Source: Octopus vulgaris
Lineage: Eukaryota
Length of the DNA stretch: 64,000 nucleotides
NCBI GenBank assembly: GCA_951406725.2
Contig: OX597824.1
Span: 71,858,001-71,922,000, forward strand
Reading direction: 5' to 3'
Made by a program: the position numbers and the translations under genes. Positions 41,125 through 54,086 of this stretch are shown here, piece after piece. The notes under the pieces are model-generated. The model did no database searches. It was not told where the DNA came from and saw only the letters and a program-made list of their open reading frames with translations. How positions within the stretch are numbered: position 1 is the stretch's first letter; the number at the start of each line of letters is the position of its first letter.

Positions 41125-41719
41125 ACCCGTCTGATAAGGGTACACCAGGCACATGCATCACAACAATATGTGCGCGACATGGTGATCTCATATCAAGATA
41201 AACACCACATGACCTTGCAGGTGGGGCTCAGTTAGAATTTTCTTTTGGTCGAGTAGCCCATCCCGCTCAAAAGGTCTCTGAATAAGGGTTGTTTAAGGAT
41301 GTTGAACGAAACACCCATGTTTCCAAAGGTGAATTATCCAAACCCCAAAGAATTCCTCTTAAAACATAGCTATGATGCTCCCCCACTACTTATGCTCGTG
41401 ATTAGAGATGCACATATTGTCATCCACTAAGGGACATGCTCAATTGGTTAAGGTCAAACAACTGACAAGCAAATCTATGGTATTGAGCATAATATTTACT
41501 GTATCCCATCTTTTATACCAAGATAAAACAATGTACATGATAACACTTCCAATCAGTTAAGATGAGAAGCCATGAGAGCCACTGCCTGGTAATGCATCAG
41601 GGCAATTTATTGTTCGGACTTTTCAAACGGACAAAACCCTTTTTGTAACTTTCGTCCTGTATTTTGTCCTTAAATGTTATATTTGATTTTGTTAGCCCTT
41701 GTGGCCAATAAACGAATGA

Positions 41720-41778
<59 letters not shown>

Positions 41779-42432
41779 CATCATCATCATTGGAGATGGT
41801 GAATGGTTGCATGTTTTGTGTGTATTCGCACGTGATTGGGTGTGTATTTAAGTGGTTATTAATAGCAAAAATAAGGGGATATGTCAGTCGATCGAGACCT
41901 CTTAACGTAAAGAATCACATTGTGAACACGACAATGTTTGGATAAACTCTGTATGACACGACACGACACGACAAATAGAGGTGCAGCCGCTTAACCTTTT
42001 GACCTACGGCAGTTGAGACGACTTTTGCAACAAACTTATGTTGAACTGTTGGTTATGTAGTTGACGTTAGCATGCAGTTTAGGGAATGAAAAAGGTAGGA
42101 AATTGACAGGAAGTGATAACAGTGATTTCCTATAATTTCATGAAGATAATATAAAGTCAAATGGTGAAATCCCTTAACCCTCTCACTACGAAAATAAATT
42201 TCATGGTTATTCCAGTAAATGATGTTATATTAATATAGCTAAGAATGAAAAAAAAAATCATTTTATAAGTCTTGTTATCTCAATAAACTTAACATATCTC
42301 AACGAAAACTGTTTCAAATATGACATTCCTCTCCTCAACAAAAGATAGATTGGTACACGAAACTGCTTATCTCGAGTATAACCAGCCAAAACTGCAAATC
42401 CAATTTGCAACTCGACTGACGAAAGAAAACTC

Positions 42433-42631
42433 CGAATGACGTGTCCTTGTTTTTTCTTGTCCCTTTTTTGTATCATCTGTCTGGATGTTTTGTGTTCTTG
42501 TCTCATTGTTTATATTCTTATATATATATATATATATATATATAAGAATATAAACAATGAGACAAGAACACAAAACATCCAGACAGATGATACAAAAAAA
42601 GGGACAAGAAAAAACAAGGACGGGTCATTCG
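42433..42631. repeat. ~200-bp near-perfect palindrome centred on (TA)n
   Basis: cgaatgac..gtccttgttttttcttgtccc..tgtttatattct(TA)n agaatataaaca..gggacaagaaaaaacaaggac..gtcattcg. Confidence 0.92.
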
Positions 42632-42676
42632 CAGGTCATATGTGTATATATATAAAAATATATATTTTTGTATTCT

Positions 42677-42741
<65 letters not shown>

Positions 42742-42760
42742 GTGTGTGTATATATATATA

Positions 42761-42806
<46 letters not shown>

Positions 42807-43511
42807 CACACACATATCTATATATATATATATACACATACATATATATATATATCTATATATACATACATATATAGGCGCAAGAGTAGTTGTGTGGTAA
42901 GAAGCTTGCTTCCCTACTACATGGTTCGGGGTTCAGTCCCACTGCGTGGTACCTTGGGCAAGTGTCTTCTACTATAGTCTCTGGCCGACCAAAGCCTTGT
43001 GAGTGGATTTGGTAGACGGAAACTGAAAGAAGCCCGTCGTATATATCTATATATGTATGTATATATATATGTATGTATGTCTTTGTTGTTTGTGTTTGTG
43101 TTTGTCACCCGATGTTGGTGTGTTTACGCCCTCGTTACTTAGCGCTTCGGCAAAAAGAGACCGATAGAATAAGTACTAGGCTTTCAAAGAATAAGCCCTG
43201 GGGTAATTTCATTCGACTAAAAGTGGTGCTCCAGCATGACCGCAGTCAAATGACTGAAATAAGTAAAAGAGAGTATACATAGATACATATATGTGTGTGT
43301 GTGTGTGTGCGTATGTGTGTATATATATATATATATTATATACTATATATATATTACATACATATGAGAGGGATTACCACTATGTGGACACCCTAATGCT
43401 AGAAGTAGATCCGCTATGTTCTTACCACTAAGAAATATTCTACAGAAAATTGAGCAAACACCAGAAACGTTAGCGAGCAAGACAAATGAAAAGTAACAAA
43501 AATATAGATTA

Positions 43512-43587
43512 ATCATAAACAATGTTTCACTATTAACAGATTACGTAATTTTACTTACGCAATTTGTCTGTAGATCTTCAGTATGAC
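43512..43587 (-). ncRNA. Type I hammerhead ribozyme motif
   Basis: ucaua CUGAAGA [stem II with internal hairpin] GAAA C auu G UU/ uauga; 5-bp stem I; first stem II pair is U-U. Confidence 0.65.
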
Positions 43588-43832
43588 CGTCCATACAAAT
43601 ATAATTTGCAGAACTACAGACCAGACGTCCGCATGAGGTCGAACATGGATGTCGTTCAACCTATTACACTTGTGGTTATTTTTCAAAAGTCCTCGTTTTG
43701 GCGCGCTAAAATGACCGGAAATAATACTGCATAAAGTAATTAAGACAACTTAATAATTGATGGGAGGCCAGAGCAGGCTTTAGCCCCGACATCCGAAACT
43801 CTGAGTTTTATTATGATAACTAACTGATTGTC

Positions 43833-43896
<64 letters not shown>

Positions 43897-43974
43897 AAGA
43901 GAAAGAAGTTAATAATTGTTTATCATTAACAGCAAATTAATCATTATCCCTTACAGCTGTTTCAAGTTCTAATC

Positions 43975-44008
<34 letters not shown>

Positions 44009-44129
44009 CATAAAAATGTATATATATATATAAACATAAAAATATTAGAAGAGCGATATGTTAGGGAAGAAATATGAATCGTAATATCATAATAGGATAT
44101 CTTCTTACCCCTAGAGATATTGATAACAA

Positions 44130-44900
44130 TATGAGGCGAGGGTGAGGAATGAGCTTCACTGTGAAGACGAGGAGCATTATATTCAATCTTATAGTTCATC
44201 CTCATCATCAGCATCCACTTGAAGGCGAGGGACTTATGGAAAACTGATTTTTATGATACAGTATCTCTTTGTGGTGTAAATGCAGCGTTCACGACTAAGA
44301 TAGTTATCAACAAAAACTTACAAAACGTTGTAAGTACCAACACAAGAAAACGTATTTGGGGGATATATTCTTCTGCCACATTATCGGAAAATTCATTTAT
44401 GTTCACTGGGAAGCTTGGTACATCGTCTAAAAGGAGAAATGCTTAGTTGGAAATATTATCTAGAACTGTATTTTGCTTAAAATGTTTGTAGGTTTCTTTT
44501 CAGAAAGACTTAAGCCACGCTTTCGTATTTGAATGCCAAATCAGCGTTAAACGAAAATTTTCATAACCTTTCAAAACCCTTGTATTTTTGGAGTGATACA
44601 GAGTAGGGAGTCTAATTACCAGTGACATTTCCTTCGAGAAGAAGCGTCAAACGATATTTGGAAATTTTAAATCCTGGTGTTGATTTTTCTTATCGAGAAA
44701 GAAAAGTTCTACCAAGCACGAGCTTCCAGAAAAGTGCAGTTTCATCAACATTACATATTTGCTCTGGTGTGAAACCTTCCTCAAGCAATCATTCTTTTCT
44801 TCGGCTGCTCAGGATAATTAGCTGCAGCTTCTATATCATTACTGGCAGCTTCACTAATAAATTTTCAACTGTGCAAATTAAAGCGTTTTTTTTTTCACCT
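44130..44900 (-). pseudogene. Tigger/pogo DDE_1 transposase remnant
   Basis: LEEGFTPEQICNVDETALFWKLVLGRTFLSR*EKSTPGFKISKYRLTLLLEGNVTG. Confidence 0.85.
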
Positions 44901-46189
44901 GTAGGATGTTACGTTGGCACTGGTTGGGTGCCTCACAATTCCTTACATAGTTGTGGAGGAAAAATAGCAGGAACAAGAATCTCCGAACAAATAACAATAA
45001 TAATTTATTTTCGCCGAAATAAGCATTTCATCTCTGGACATCGGTAGCCTGGACGCCTGGGGATGGAATCAGCAGAGTCGGTTTAAATCACAATTGTTGA
45101 AGGCATTCTTCACAACTCGCCAAGTCATATTCGCCTTCACACTGAGCTTGTCTCGTTGCGTCTAGCTCCGTTGCCGACAGGAGCAAAAGAGAAAGAAGAG
45201 CAGTCTTGCCTAGCTGCTGCTGATGACTGCGCATGCGTATAAGGGACTTCTGACAGGCCTTCCGGAAAACACCAATCCTTTTGCATGCGCAGATGAAAAT
45301 CCCAAAATGGCGTCTGGAACCTGGCGTCACTACACACCTTTCAAATCAGCTTTCACTAGCCAGAAATGTTTTTTATTTTATTTTATTAGAAGTTTCATCT
45401 TCTTCATTCTGTAAACCATCATACAAACTTTTGACATTTTTAACTTATCGAGTCTGATCTACAATCTATATACATTGAAGAGCCATTCTATTTTAAGCAC
45501 CACATTAGATCTATGAAAAAATACACCGCCAAGGTCATAGCATTTTATGGAGTAGCTTCGTGGGTACTTAATTTTCTCCTCTGTATTATGCACGTAGACA
45601 TTATAACTTTAATGTTTTGGCAATGTGGCTGATTTTCTTTTCTCTCACATTAAGGTTTTTTAAAACATCAAGTTTAATATCCAGTATAATCCATTAACGG
45701 TTCCTTCCCACGCAATTGCCTTTAGTTCCACGTGACGGCTTCTTTTTCAGACATCTTGAACTGTCAATCTAACAGCGTGGCAATCAACAATTAACAATAA
45801 ATATGTAATAAAAAAAACATATAACTGTATAGTGAGATCAAGAAATTGTTATATCCTTATGGATGTAAGAATGGAAATGAGAAAATGAAAGGGTGAAGGA
45901 GTAAGGTAGGGGGAAGTACTGTATGATTACGGTTATTTGAAGGGTTGTCCCATATCTGACATGACCTAAAGGGGTTATCAGGTTCATGAGCGCTTGACTC
46001 CTAAATCGTTATACTCCTCACACGCTCACACATGCAACACCCCCCCCCACACACACATTGTATGTATTGCGATTATAGTATTTCCAATTTTTAACTATAC
46101 TTTGATCTTGTCTTCAACGCCGGGAAACGGCAATTTGATTAAGAAGAAAGTTTAACTTCTTAATTTTAAGAATTTATACAAGTTTCCGC

Positions 46190-46552
46190 AAGGGCAAAAA
46201 TACAGACCACATTCTGAAATTTCACACTTTACAATTTCTGCATTGAATCCCGTAACCTGAAATAGCCGCAATGCGGGGGATGCTTGTAATAATTTATCAG
46301 AAATATCACAAAGGGCAAAAATACAGACCACATTCTGAAATTTCACACTTTACAATTTCTGCATGGAATCCCGTAACCTGAAATAGCCGCAATGCGGGGG
46401 ATGCTTGTAATAATTTATCAGAAATATCACAAAGGGCAAAAATACAGACCCCATTCTGAAATTTCACACTCTACAATTTCTGCATGGAATCCCGTAACCT
46501 GAAATAGCCGCAACGCGGGGGATGCTTGTAATAATTTATCAGAACTATCACA
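46190..46552. repeat. Tandem repeat, 3 x 121 bp
   Basis: agggcaaaaatacagacc.. recurs at 46191, 46312 and 46433 with few substitutions. Confidence 0.95.
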
Positions 46553-47533
46553 GTATTCCTTTTAACAACACTTGTTGTTGAAGTGCAATCTGACAGCTTG
46601 GAAATGTTTCAGTGCGTAACCAGTCTCACACATTACTCAATAACTATAATTATGATGTGTGCAATCATAGACTATGTGTGGAATCTGTAAATTCCTCATT
46701 GTTACAGACGTCTTGATTTTTATTTATTCTGAAAGGGATATTTACTCCTGCTGCATGACTAATATCTATTGCCTTGTTCCGATGTTTTTTCCTCCCTTTG
46801 TTTTCAAATTAAGAATTGTATTCAATTATATTATCTTACGTGAGTGTAAGGCGGCGAGCTAGTAGAATCGTTAGCACGCCGGGTGCAATTCTAAGCGGCA
46901 TTTCGTATGCCTTTACGTTCTGAGTTCAAATTCCGCCGAGGTCGACTGCACCTTTCATCCTTTCGAGATCGGTAAAATATGTTGTGGTGCACCTGAGCAC
47001 TGTATACAATAATTTCATTATATAAGTACCAGTTAAACACTGGGGTCGATGCAATCAACTCCTCCCTTCCCCCCCAAATTGCTGACCTTGTGCCAAAACT
47101 TGAAACCATTATCTTACCTGAGTGTTAAGGCGGTGAACTAGCAGAATCGTTAGCACGTAGAGTGGAATGCTTGGCGGCATTTCGTCTGTCTTCACGTTCA
47201 GAGTTCAAATTACGCCGAGGTCGACTTCGCCTTTTTTTCCTTCCGAAGTCAATGAAAAAAATATCAGTTACGCACAGGAGTCGATGTAATCGACTAGCCT
47301 CCTCTCCTGAAATTTCAGACCTTGGGCCTACAGTAGAAAGGATTATCTTACATGAGTGTTAAGGCAGCGAGCTGGCTGAATCGTTAGCGCACCAGGCAAA
47401 ATGCTTAGCGGCATTAGAACGTAGCAACAGACGAAATACCGCTAAGCATTTCGCCAGGGTGCTTACGATTCTGCTAGCTAGCCGCCTTGCTAAGATTTAT
47501 ATAATGACATCGTATTAGACCTTAGCCTATCAT

Positions 47534-48169
47534 CAGCGCTGGATTAACCATTAAGCAAAATAAGCACGGGCTTAGGGGCATCATGGGCATGGCGGTGGTG
47601 GGAGAATCACCACAGAAATGGTAAATGGTTTACGGCACAAAAAAAATCACTTGCTAAAATAATATTCGGGATACCTTATTTATAAGTATAGAAGCAGATG
47701 TGTTACGTAAGATTAATTTTAAGAATCTCATCAAAGACTTTACAATTAAAGAAGTAGGAGAAAAAATTTCAAATACAAATAAAATATAAGTATTTAAAAA
47801 AAAAATTGTATTGCTCACAAGGAGCTAAACATAGAGGGGACAAAAAAAGACAGACAAAGGGATTAAGTCGATTACATCGACCCCAGTGCGTAATTGGAAC
47901 TTAATTCATCGACCCCGAAAGGATGAAAGGCAAAGTCGACCTCGGCGGAATTTGAACTCAGAACGCAGCGGCGAAATATCGCTAAGCATTTCGCCCGGCG
48001 TGTATACAAATATAAACGTTATTTTCCATCTTGCTGTTAGTGTTGTTTCATTTTGAAAAACGAAACATTAGTCAATGGTTTGTAATTGTTTATATTTTGA
48101 ATTACATATATATAGGGCACCGAAATATTTTAAGTGCTTAGGGCCTCTATAGGCCTAAATTCGGCCCTG
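47534..48169. mobile_element. hAT-like MITE with nested SINE (~47805-48003, -)
   Basis: Termini cagcgctggatt..aattcggccctg; degenerate 8-bp TSD cctatcat / attatcat. Confidence 0.6.
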
Positions 48170-48479
48170 ATTATCATCAGTTGTATTTCTGTTCATTGAT
48201 AGCACAATATTTTATTCTATTATCACTCTAATCCTGATATTCTTTTGAAAATGGATTTTAATTATTACAAATATTGTACGCGGTTTAAATATCTTATTTA
48301 ATTCAAATCCTGACCTCCCTAAACCACCTAGCACCTTCTCCGGCACACTCCACCAAGCGACCCCAATTCAGTGACCTCTTTAGCCCCTTCTTTGATATTT
48401 ACCTTCCTGGTTAGAAAATCTCAACTGCTTAAAATTGTTTTTCCAAAATGTATCAACTCTTTCTCGGGAAGGAATCACT

Positions 48480-48925
48480 ACTACAACTACAACTGTGTCG
48501 CTGCCGCCTCCTCCTCCGCTTCCTCTTCTTTTTACTCCTCTCCATTCTTTTCCTCTTACCCCGCCTCTTCTCCCTCCGCATAGTCACCCTCCCCCTCACT
48601 TTCCTCCTCTTCTACCTCTCCCTCAATATTTTCTTCTTTCTCCCTTCCTCTTCCTCCCTTGCTCTTCCTCCTCCACATTTACCTCCTCCTCTCTCCTCTT
48701 GCTCTTCTTCCTCCTCTTCTTCCTCTGTCACCTCTACATCCTCCTTTCCTCCCTCCTCTTTCTTCTCTTCCTCTTCTCCCTTTCCTTAACATCCTACTCT
48801 CCCTCTCTTCCTCCACATCTTCTTCCTCCATCTATCTCTTTCCCTCCTCCTCTTCCCTTTCTCCTCCTCCTTCGTTCTCGTCGTCCTCACCACCACCACC
48901 ACCACCACCACCACCACCGTCACCA

Positions 48926-48957
<32 letters not shown>

Positions 48958-49035
48958 ACCACTACCACCACCACCGCCACCACCACCACCGCTACCGTCA
49001 CCGCCACCGCCGCCGCCGCCGCCACCACCACCTTC
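48480..49035. repeat. Low-complexity polypyrimidine tract followed by a (CCA/CCG)n array
   Basis: CT-rich run 48500-48880, then caccaccac/cgccgccgc repeats. Confidence 0.9.
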
Positions 49036-49364
49036 GGCTGCAGTTGCTATTATTAAATTGTTTATCTTAAAAGCCATTTACGTGTGCATGATAAATTAAT
49101 GGAGACTGCGGTCTGTGAAGTAGTCACGGTCGCAGAAACGTTAGAAAGCCCGGCTAAATGCTTTGTGTTATTTCGTCCGCTGCTGCGTTCTGAGTTCAAA
49201 TTCCGCCGAGGTCGACTTTGCCTTTCATCCTTTCGGGGTCGATAAATTAAGTACCAGTTAGACACTGGGGTCGATATAATCGACTTAATCCGTTTGTTTG
49301 TCCCCTCTATGTTCAGCCCCTTGTGGGCAGTAAAAAAAAAAAATAAAAAAAAAATATAGGTATG

Positions 49365-49436
<72 letters not shown>

Positions 49437-49752
49437 TGTCTGTCTGTCTGTGTGTGTGTGTGTGTGTGTCTGTGTGTGTCTGTGTGTGTGTGTGAGTGCG
49501 TGGGTGCATGCGTGTCTCTTGTCATCTCTTGCACCCAACCCACTCTATGTCACGCTCTTACCATAAATTTCCAGTCCTTTCGCCTCAGAATATCGCCCTT
49601 CTGGAACCCGCTCATGTCTTTCTTGAAGGCGTTGATCTGCAACAATCTAAACGAAACATTAAACGGCATCAAGCTCACGGGACTCGGACGACCTACAACG
49701 GCCATGAGCGCGCGCGCACGCACATAGACACACATACACACACACTGTATAT

Positions 49753-49799
<47 letters not shown>

Positions 49800-50995
49800 G
49801 CAATTACATATGTATGTTTACACACGCATACACACAAACACGCAGACAGATGTATATAATATATATAGTATAGGCGCAGGAGTGGCTGTGTGGTGGCTAT
49901 ATGGTAAGTAGCTTGCTTACCAACCACATGGTTCCGGGTTCATTCCCACTGCGTGGCACCTTTCGCAAGTGTCTTCTACAATAGCCTCGGGCCGACCAAT
50001 GCCTTGTGAGTGGATTTGGTAGATGGAAACTGAAAGAAGCCCGTTGTATATATGTATATATATGTATGTGTGTGTATATGCTTGTGTGTCTGTGTTTGTC
50101 CCCCCAGCATCGCTTGACAACCGATGGTGGTATGTTTACGTCCTCGTAACTTAGCGGTTCGGCAAAAGAGACCGATAGAATAAGTACTAAGCTTACAAAG
50201 AATAAGTCCTGGGGTAGATTTGCTCGACTAAAGGCGGTGCTCCTGCATGGCCGCAGTCAAATGACTGAAACAAATAAAAGAGTAAAAGAGTATGTATGTA
50301 TGTATGAAGTATGTGTGAAATCATGTTTATATTCATGTAATTACTGTAATTATATTTACTTACAATTAGCAATTAGTATCAAGTGTCTCTCTCTCTCAAT
50401 TGTTATGATTTAATTGCTGCTATCCGGTCATTACTTTTCTCCCATCAGCTCGATGTGGAATCCCCCTCTTTTTTTCTCGTTACATATGTTTGTGTAACAA
50501 CGAGAAGGTTATCTTATATGTTAACAAACCTATATAGAGACCTGACTGAACAAAGATTACAATTTAGTCTACTTATTTTATGCATGCAATTAATTCATTA
50601 ACATAATTTCTTACTTCCAATTTTAACCTTCTCTAATCCCCAACCTCTTGTTGTTTAGTCTACCTTGTACAATTCTATACAGAGTCGAGTTTGTACTTCA
50701 TTCTTCTAACGTCGATAAATTCTCTCTGTCTCTCTCTCTCTCCCTTTCATTATATATATATGTTCTTTATTCTTTTATTCCTTTATCTGTTTCAGTCATT
50801 TGACTGCGGCCATGCTGCAGCACCGCCTTTAGTCGAATAAATCGAATTATTCTTTGTAAGCCTAGTACTTATTCTATCATTCACTTTTGCCGAACCGCTA
50901 AGTAACGGGGGACGTAAACACACCAGCATCGATTGTCAAGTGATGATAGTGGTGGTGGTGGTGGGGACACAGACACAAACATATATACATATATG

Positions 50996-51037
<42 letters not shown>

Positions 51038-51285
51038 ACGGTGGTGCATCAGCATGGCCGCAGCTCTGAGCTGAAACTAGAAAAAAATACTAATATGGAC
51101 GACGGGCTTCTTTCTGTTTCTGTCTACCAAATTCTCTCACAAGGCTTTGGTCGACCCGAGACTATAGTAGAAGACACTTGCCCAAGGTGCCACGCAGTGG
51201 GACAGAACCCAGAACCATGTGGTTGGTAAGCAAGCTTCTTAACACACAGCTATTCCTACACCTATATCACAACCATTTCTGCACC

Positions 51286-51323
<38 letters not shown>

Positions 51324-51379
51324 CGTATACACATATATATACATACATACATACATACATACATACATACATACATACA

Positions 51380-51415
<36 letters not shown>

Positions 51416-51418
51416 TAC

Positions 51419-51485
<67 letters not shown>

Positions 51486-51488
<3 letters not shown>

Positions 51489-52330
51489 GATCATCCCATA
51501 AATAATGCATTTTTTTCAATTGTATGAACTAAAAGTCGGATGGGGACGGGATAAACTACCCGCATCAACTTGCTATAAAAGCAGGTAGTAATTTTACCTT
51601 GATATTATTCTTAGTGCAGGTTTTGAAGAGTGCAGTTGGATTTTAACTGTTATTTTTACAAAGCTATAATGAAAGTGACAAAGGAGCATATTCGGCATAT
51701 TTTGGTTTACGAGTTCAATAAACGCAACGGAAAGTGCGAGGAATATTAATGCTGTATATGGGGATCAGACAATAAGCGTAAGCCAGTGTCAACGGTGATT
51801 CTAGAAATTCCGAGCCGGAAACTACAGCCTAGAAGACGAGCCTTGTCCTGGAAAATCTTTAGAACTCGACGAGGATGTCTGCAAACCCTGGTGGAACAAA
51901 ATCCCATCGTAACTGTTGAAGAACTAACAGAGGAACTTGGATTTGGTCATTCAACCATTCATCGACAGATGCGTGCTATCGGAAAAGTCATCAAATTAGA
52001 TCAATGAGTTCCTCACAAACTTTTGAGTCTAATCATGCACAGAAACTGAACGTGTGTTCTTCTTTGTTGTCACGTCTCGCGAATGAACCTTTTTTGGACC
52101 GAATAGTGACTGGCGACGAGAAATGGGTCCTCTATAAAAATGTCAAGCGCCGAAGACAATGGGTAGGGAAAGGAGAAACACCGGTACCCCACGCTAAAGA
52201 AGGTTATCACGCACGTAAAGTGTTGTTATCTGTTTGGTAGGAGATGAACGGTTCAGTCCACTTTGAACTTTTAAACCTAAATCAAACGATAACAAAGGAG
52301 ATTTACTGCGAGCAGCTCGAGCGGCTTAAG
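51486..52330 (+). mobile_element. Mariner (Mos1/SETMAR-type) 5' remnant
   Basis: MKVTKEHIRHILVYEF..NINAVYG..LEDEP..*VPHKL..FLDRIVTGDEKWVLYKNVKRRRQW..KVLLSVW; TIR-like end next to (TA)n; truncated before the catalytic end. Confidence 0.9.
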
Positions 52331-53426
52331 TCACACACACCGCTCACACTAGCGCTGACCACTTCCCAGCACCAACACCATCATCCACATACCTACACAT
52401 ACACGCACGCACACAATTCAAGATCACCAGCCCCTATCCACACGCACATACACGCTCTCACATACATACGCACGCGCACCTTCGTTTGGGATCACCACTA
52501 CTCTACTTTTTTTTATCTCCCCTTCTTCCTAGCTCTCCTGTCTGACCACCTCTGTCCGGCATTCGCCATTTTCTCTTCCTGCTTATTTCTGTGTTCCTTT
52601 CTGTTGAAGAGCGTAGGGTCGAAACGTAAAAGTACTTTTGGCGGTTATTATGCAAAAATAACACCGATGATGGTTAAGCTGTTCATCCCTCGCAGGCCGA
52701 TAATATAAATAAATACCAACTTTAAAATGATTAATTCAATATGTCGCATTCAATTACAAAATTAAGTTTGCATTTGAAGCTAAATCAATACTTAGTCATG
52801 TCTTCTCTGTGTAATTTGAGTTCCAATAAGTTTTAACTATTATTTTTCGGTATCGATAAAATATATGCCAAGTAATGTACATGGATCGATTCAGAGCAAG
52901 ACACGTTTACAATAAAAAGAGTTTAGTTTTGTATCTCATTCAAAAGGATTCACTATTATAAAAGTGTGGAGATGAGAATCGAAAGAAATTGAATTTAGCA
53001 CAGTAGTCATTCATCCGACGGAGCGTAATGTCGCTTGTTCGTCAGTTTTATTGCATTCCAATTTACAAAAGGAAAGAAAGACATGTAAACTAATCAATGC
53101 TTTGTACAGTCTCTGACAAGTTATTTCATGAGCGACAAGTGTTCCCAAGATTACGTCAGTGTTCGCTCACGCTCAAACTTGGATATTCAAACTGTCTGTA
53201 CATCAGTTCTCGGTAAAACAGCAAGGAGTGACTTGAAACTTGATACGGTTTAAATAGAAATAAAAATATAATATAGGCGGGAACAACCTTTTCACACACA
53301 GAAATTCATAAAGTCTACATGTCTATGTTGGGGATGACGTAAAATAAAAAAGATGTATGTATGTATGTATGTATGTATAAAGGCACGTATGTATATATGT
53401 ATGTACATATGGACCAATCAATATTA

Positions 53427-53457
<31 letters not shown>

Positions 53458-53458
53458 A

Positions 53459-53512
<54 letters not shown>

Positions 53513-53514
<2 letters not shown>

Positions 53515-54086
53515 GAGAAAGAAGCAACAAGAATGGATTAGTTTTTAGTACAATTGTTTCATACAAAGACAGGCTTTATTAAAAGTTGCAAATATTGCAG
53601 CAGATAAAAGTGTCCCGTACTCATCAGCTAAAACACATATGAGTTCTCCAAACATCTTAGTGGGTGAGGCTACACTCATGAAGTATTGGAGATAATTTCA
53701 ATAAAAGCAGATTCAGGTTGTAAACAGACTTCTGAAGTTCTTTAATGATGATGCACAGTCTTATCACAGGTTTTAAAAAAGCTTATTAGCTTCACAGAGA
53801 AGGTGAATTAATCCGTAGTGTAGGTGTAAATTTCCAGAGATATGAGGAGGTGTTTCATACTCACAGACGATGGATTTATCCATGGTTAATCCACAATGAG
53901 GTGGGTATAATTTCATGCTATATGATAAGGTATTTACCACATTACTGTTCTCTTCACAAGACTGCTATGTTATGATGAGTACGGGACACTTTTATCTGCT
54001 GCAATATTTGCAACTTTTAATAAAGCCTGTCTTTGTATGAAACAATTGTACTAAAAACTAATCCATTCTTGTTGCTTCTTTCTCGT
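53513..54086. repeat. 114-bp perfect inverted repeat adjoining (TA)n (PLE pLTR-like)
   Basis: Arms 53513-53626 and 53973-54086; no mismatch seen by eye. Confidence 0.92.
53543..53633 (-). ncRNA. Type I hammerhead ribozyme, intact core, palindromic stem III
   Basis: uuuuag CUGAUGA guacgggaca..ugucuuuguau GAAA CAAUUG UA/ cuaaaa; 6-bp stem I. Confidence 0.85.

Noticed and set aside
45220-45275. CUGAUGA..GAAA hammerhead candidate
   Set aside because: No stem I complement and no credible stem II
46190-46552. CRISPR-like array or tandem hammerhead retrozyme
   Set aside because: No unique spacers or cas genes; the minus-strand CUGAUAA..GAAA lacks G8 and convincing stems
48435-49099. ORFs with poly-Pro, poly-His and poly-Gly (formin- or extensin-like)
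   Set aside because: Open in many frames on both strands because of CT-rich and (CCA/CCG)n low complexity; no domain or splice context
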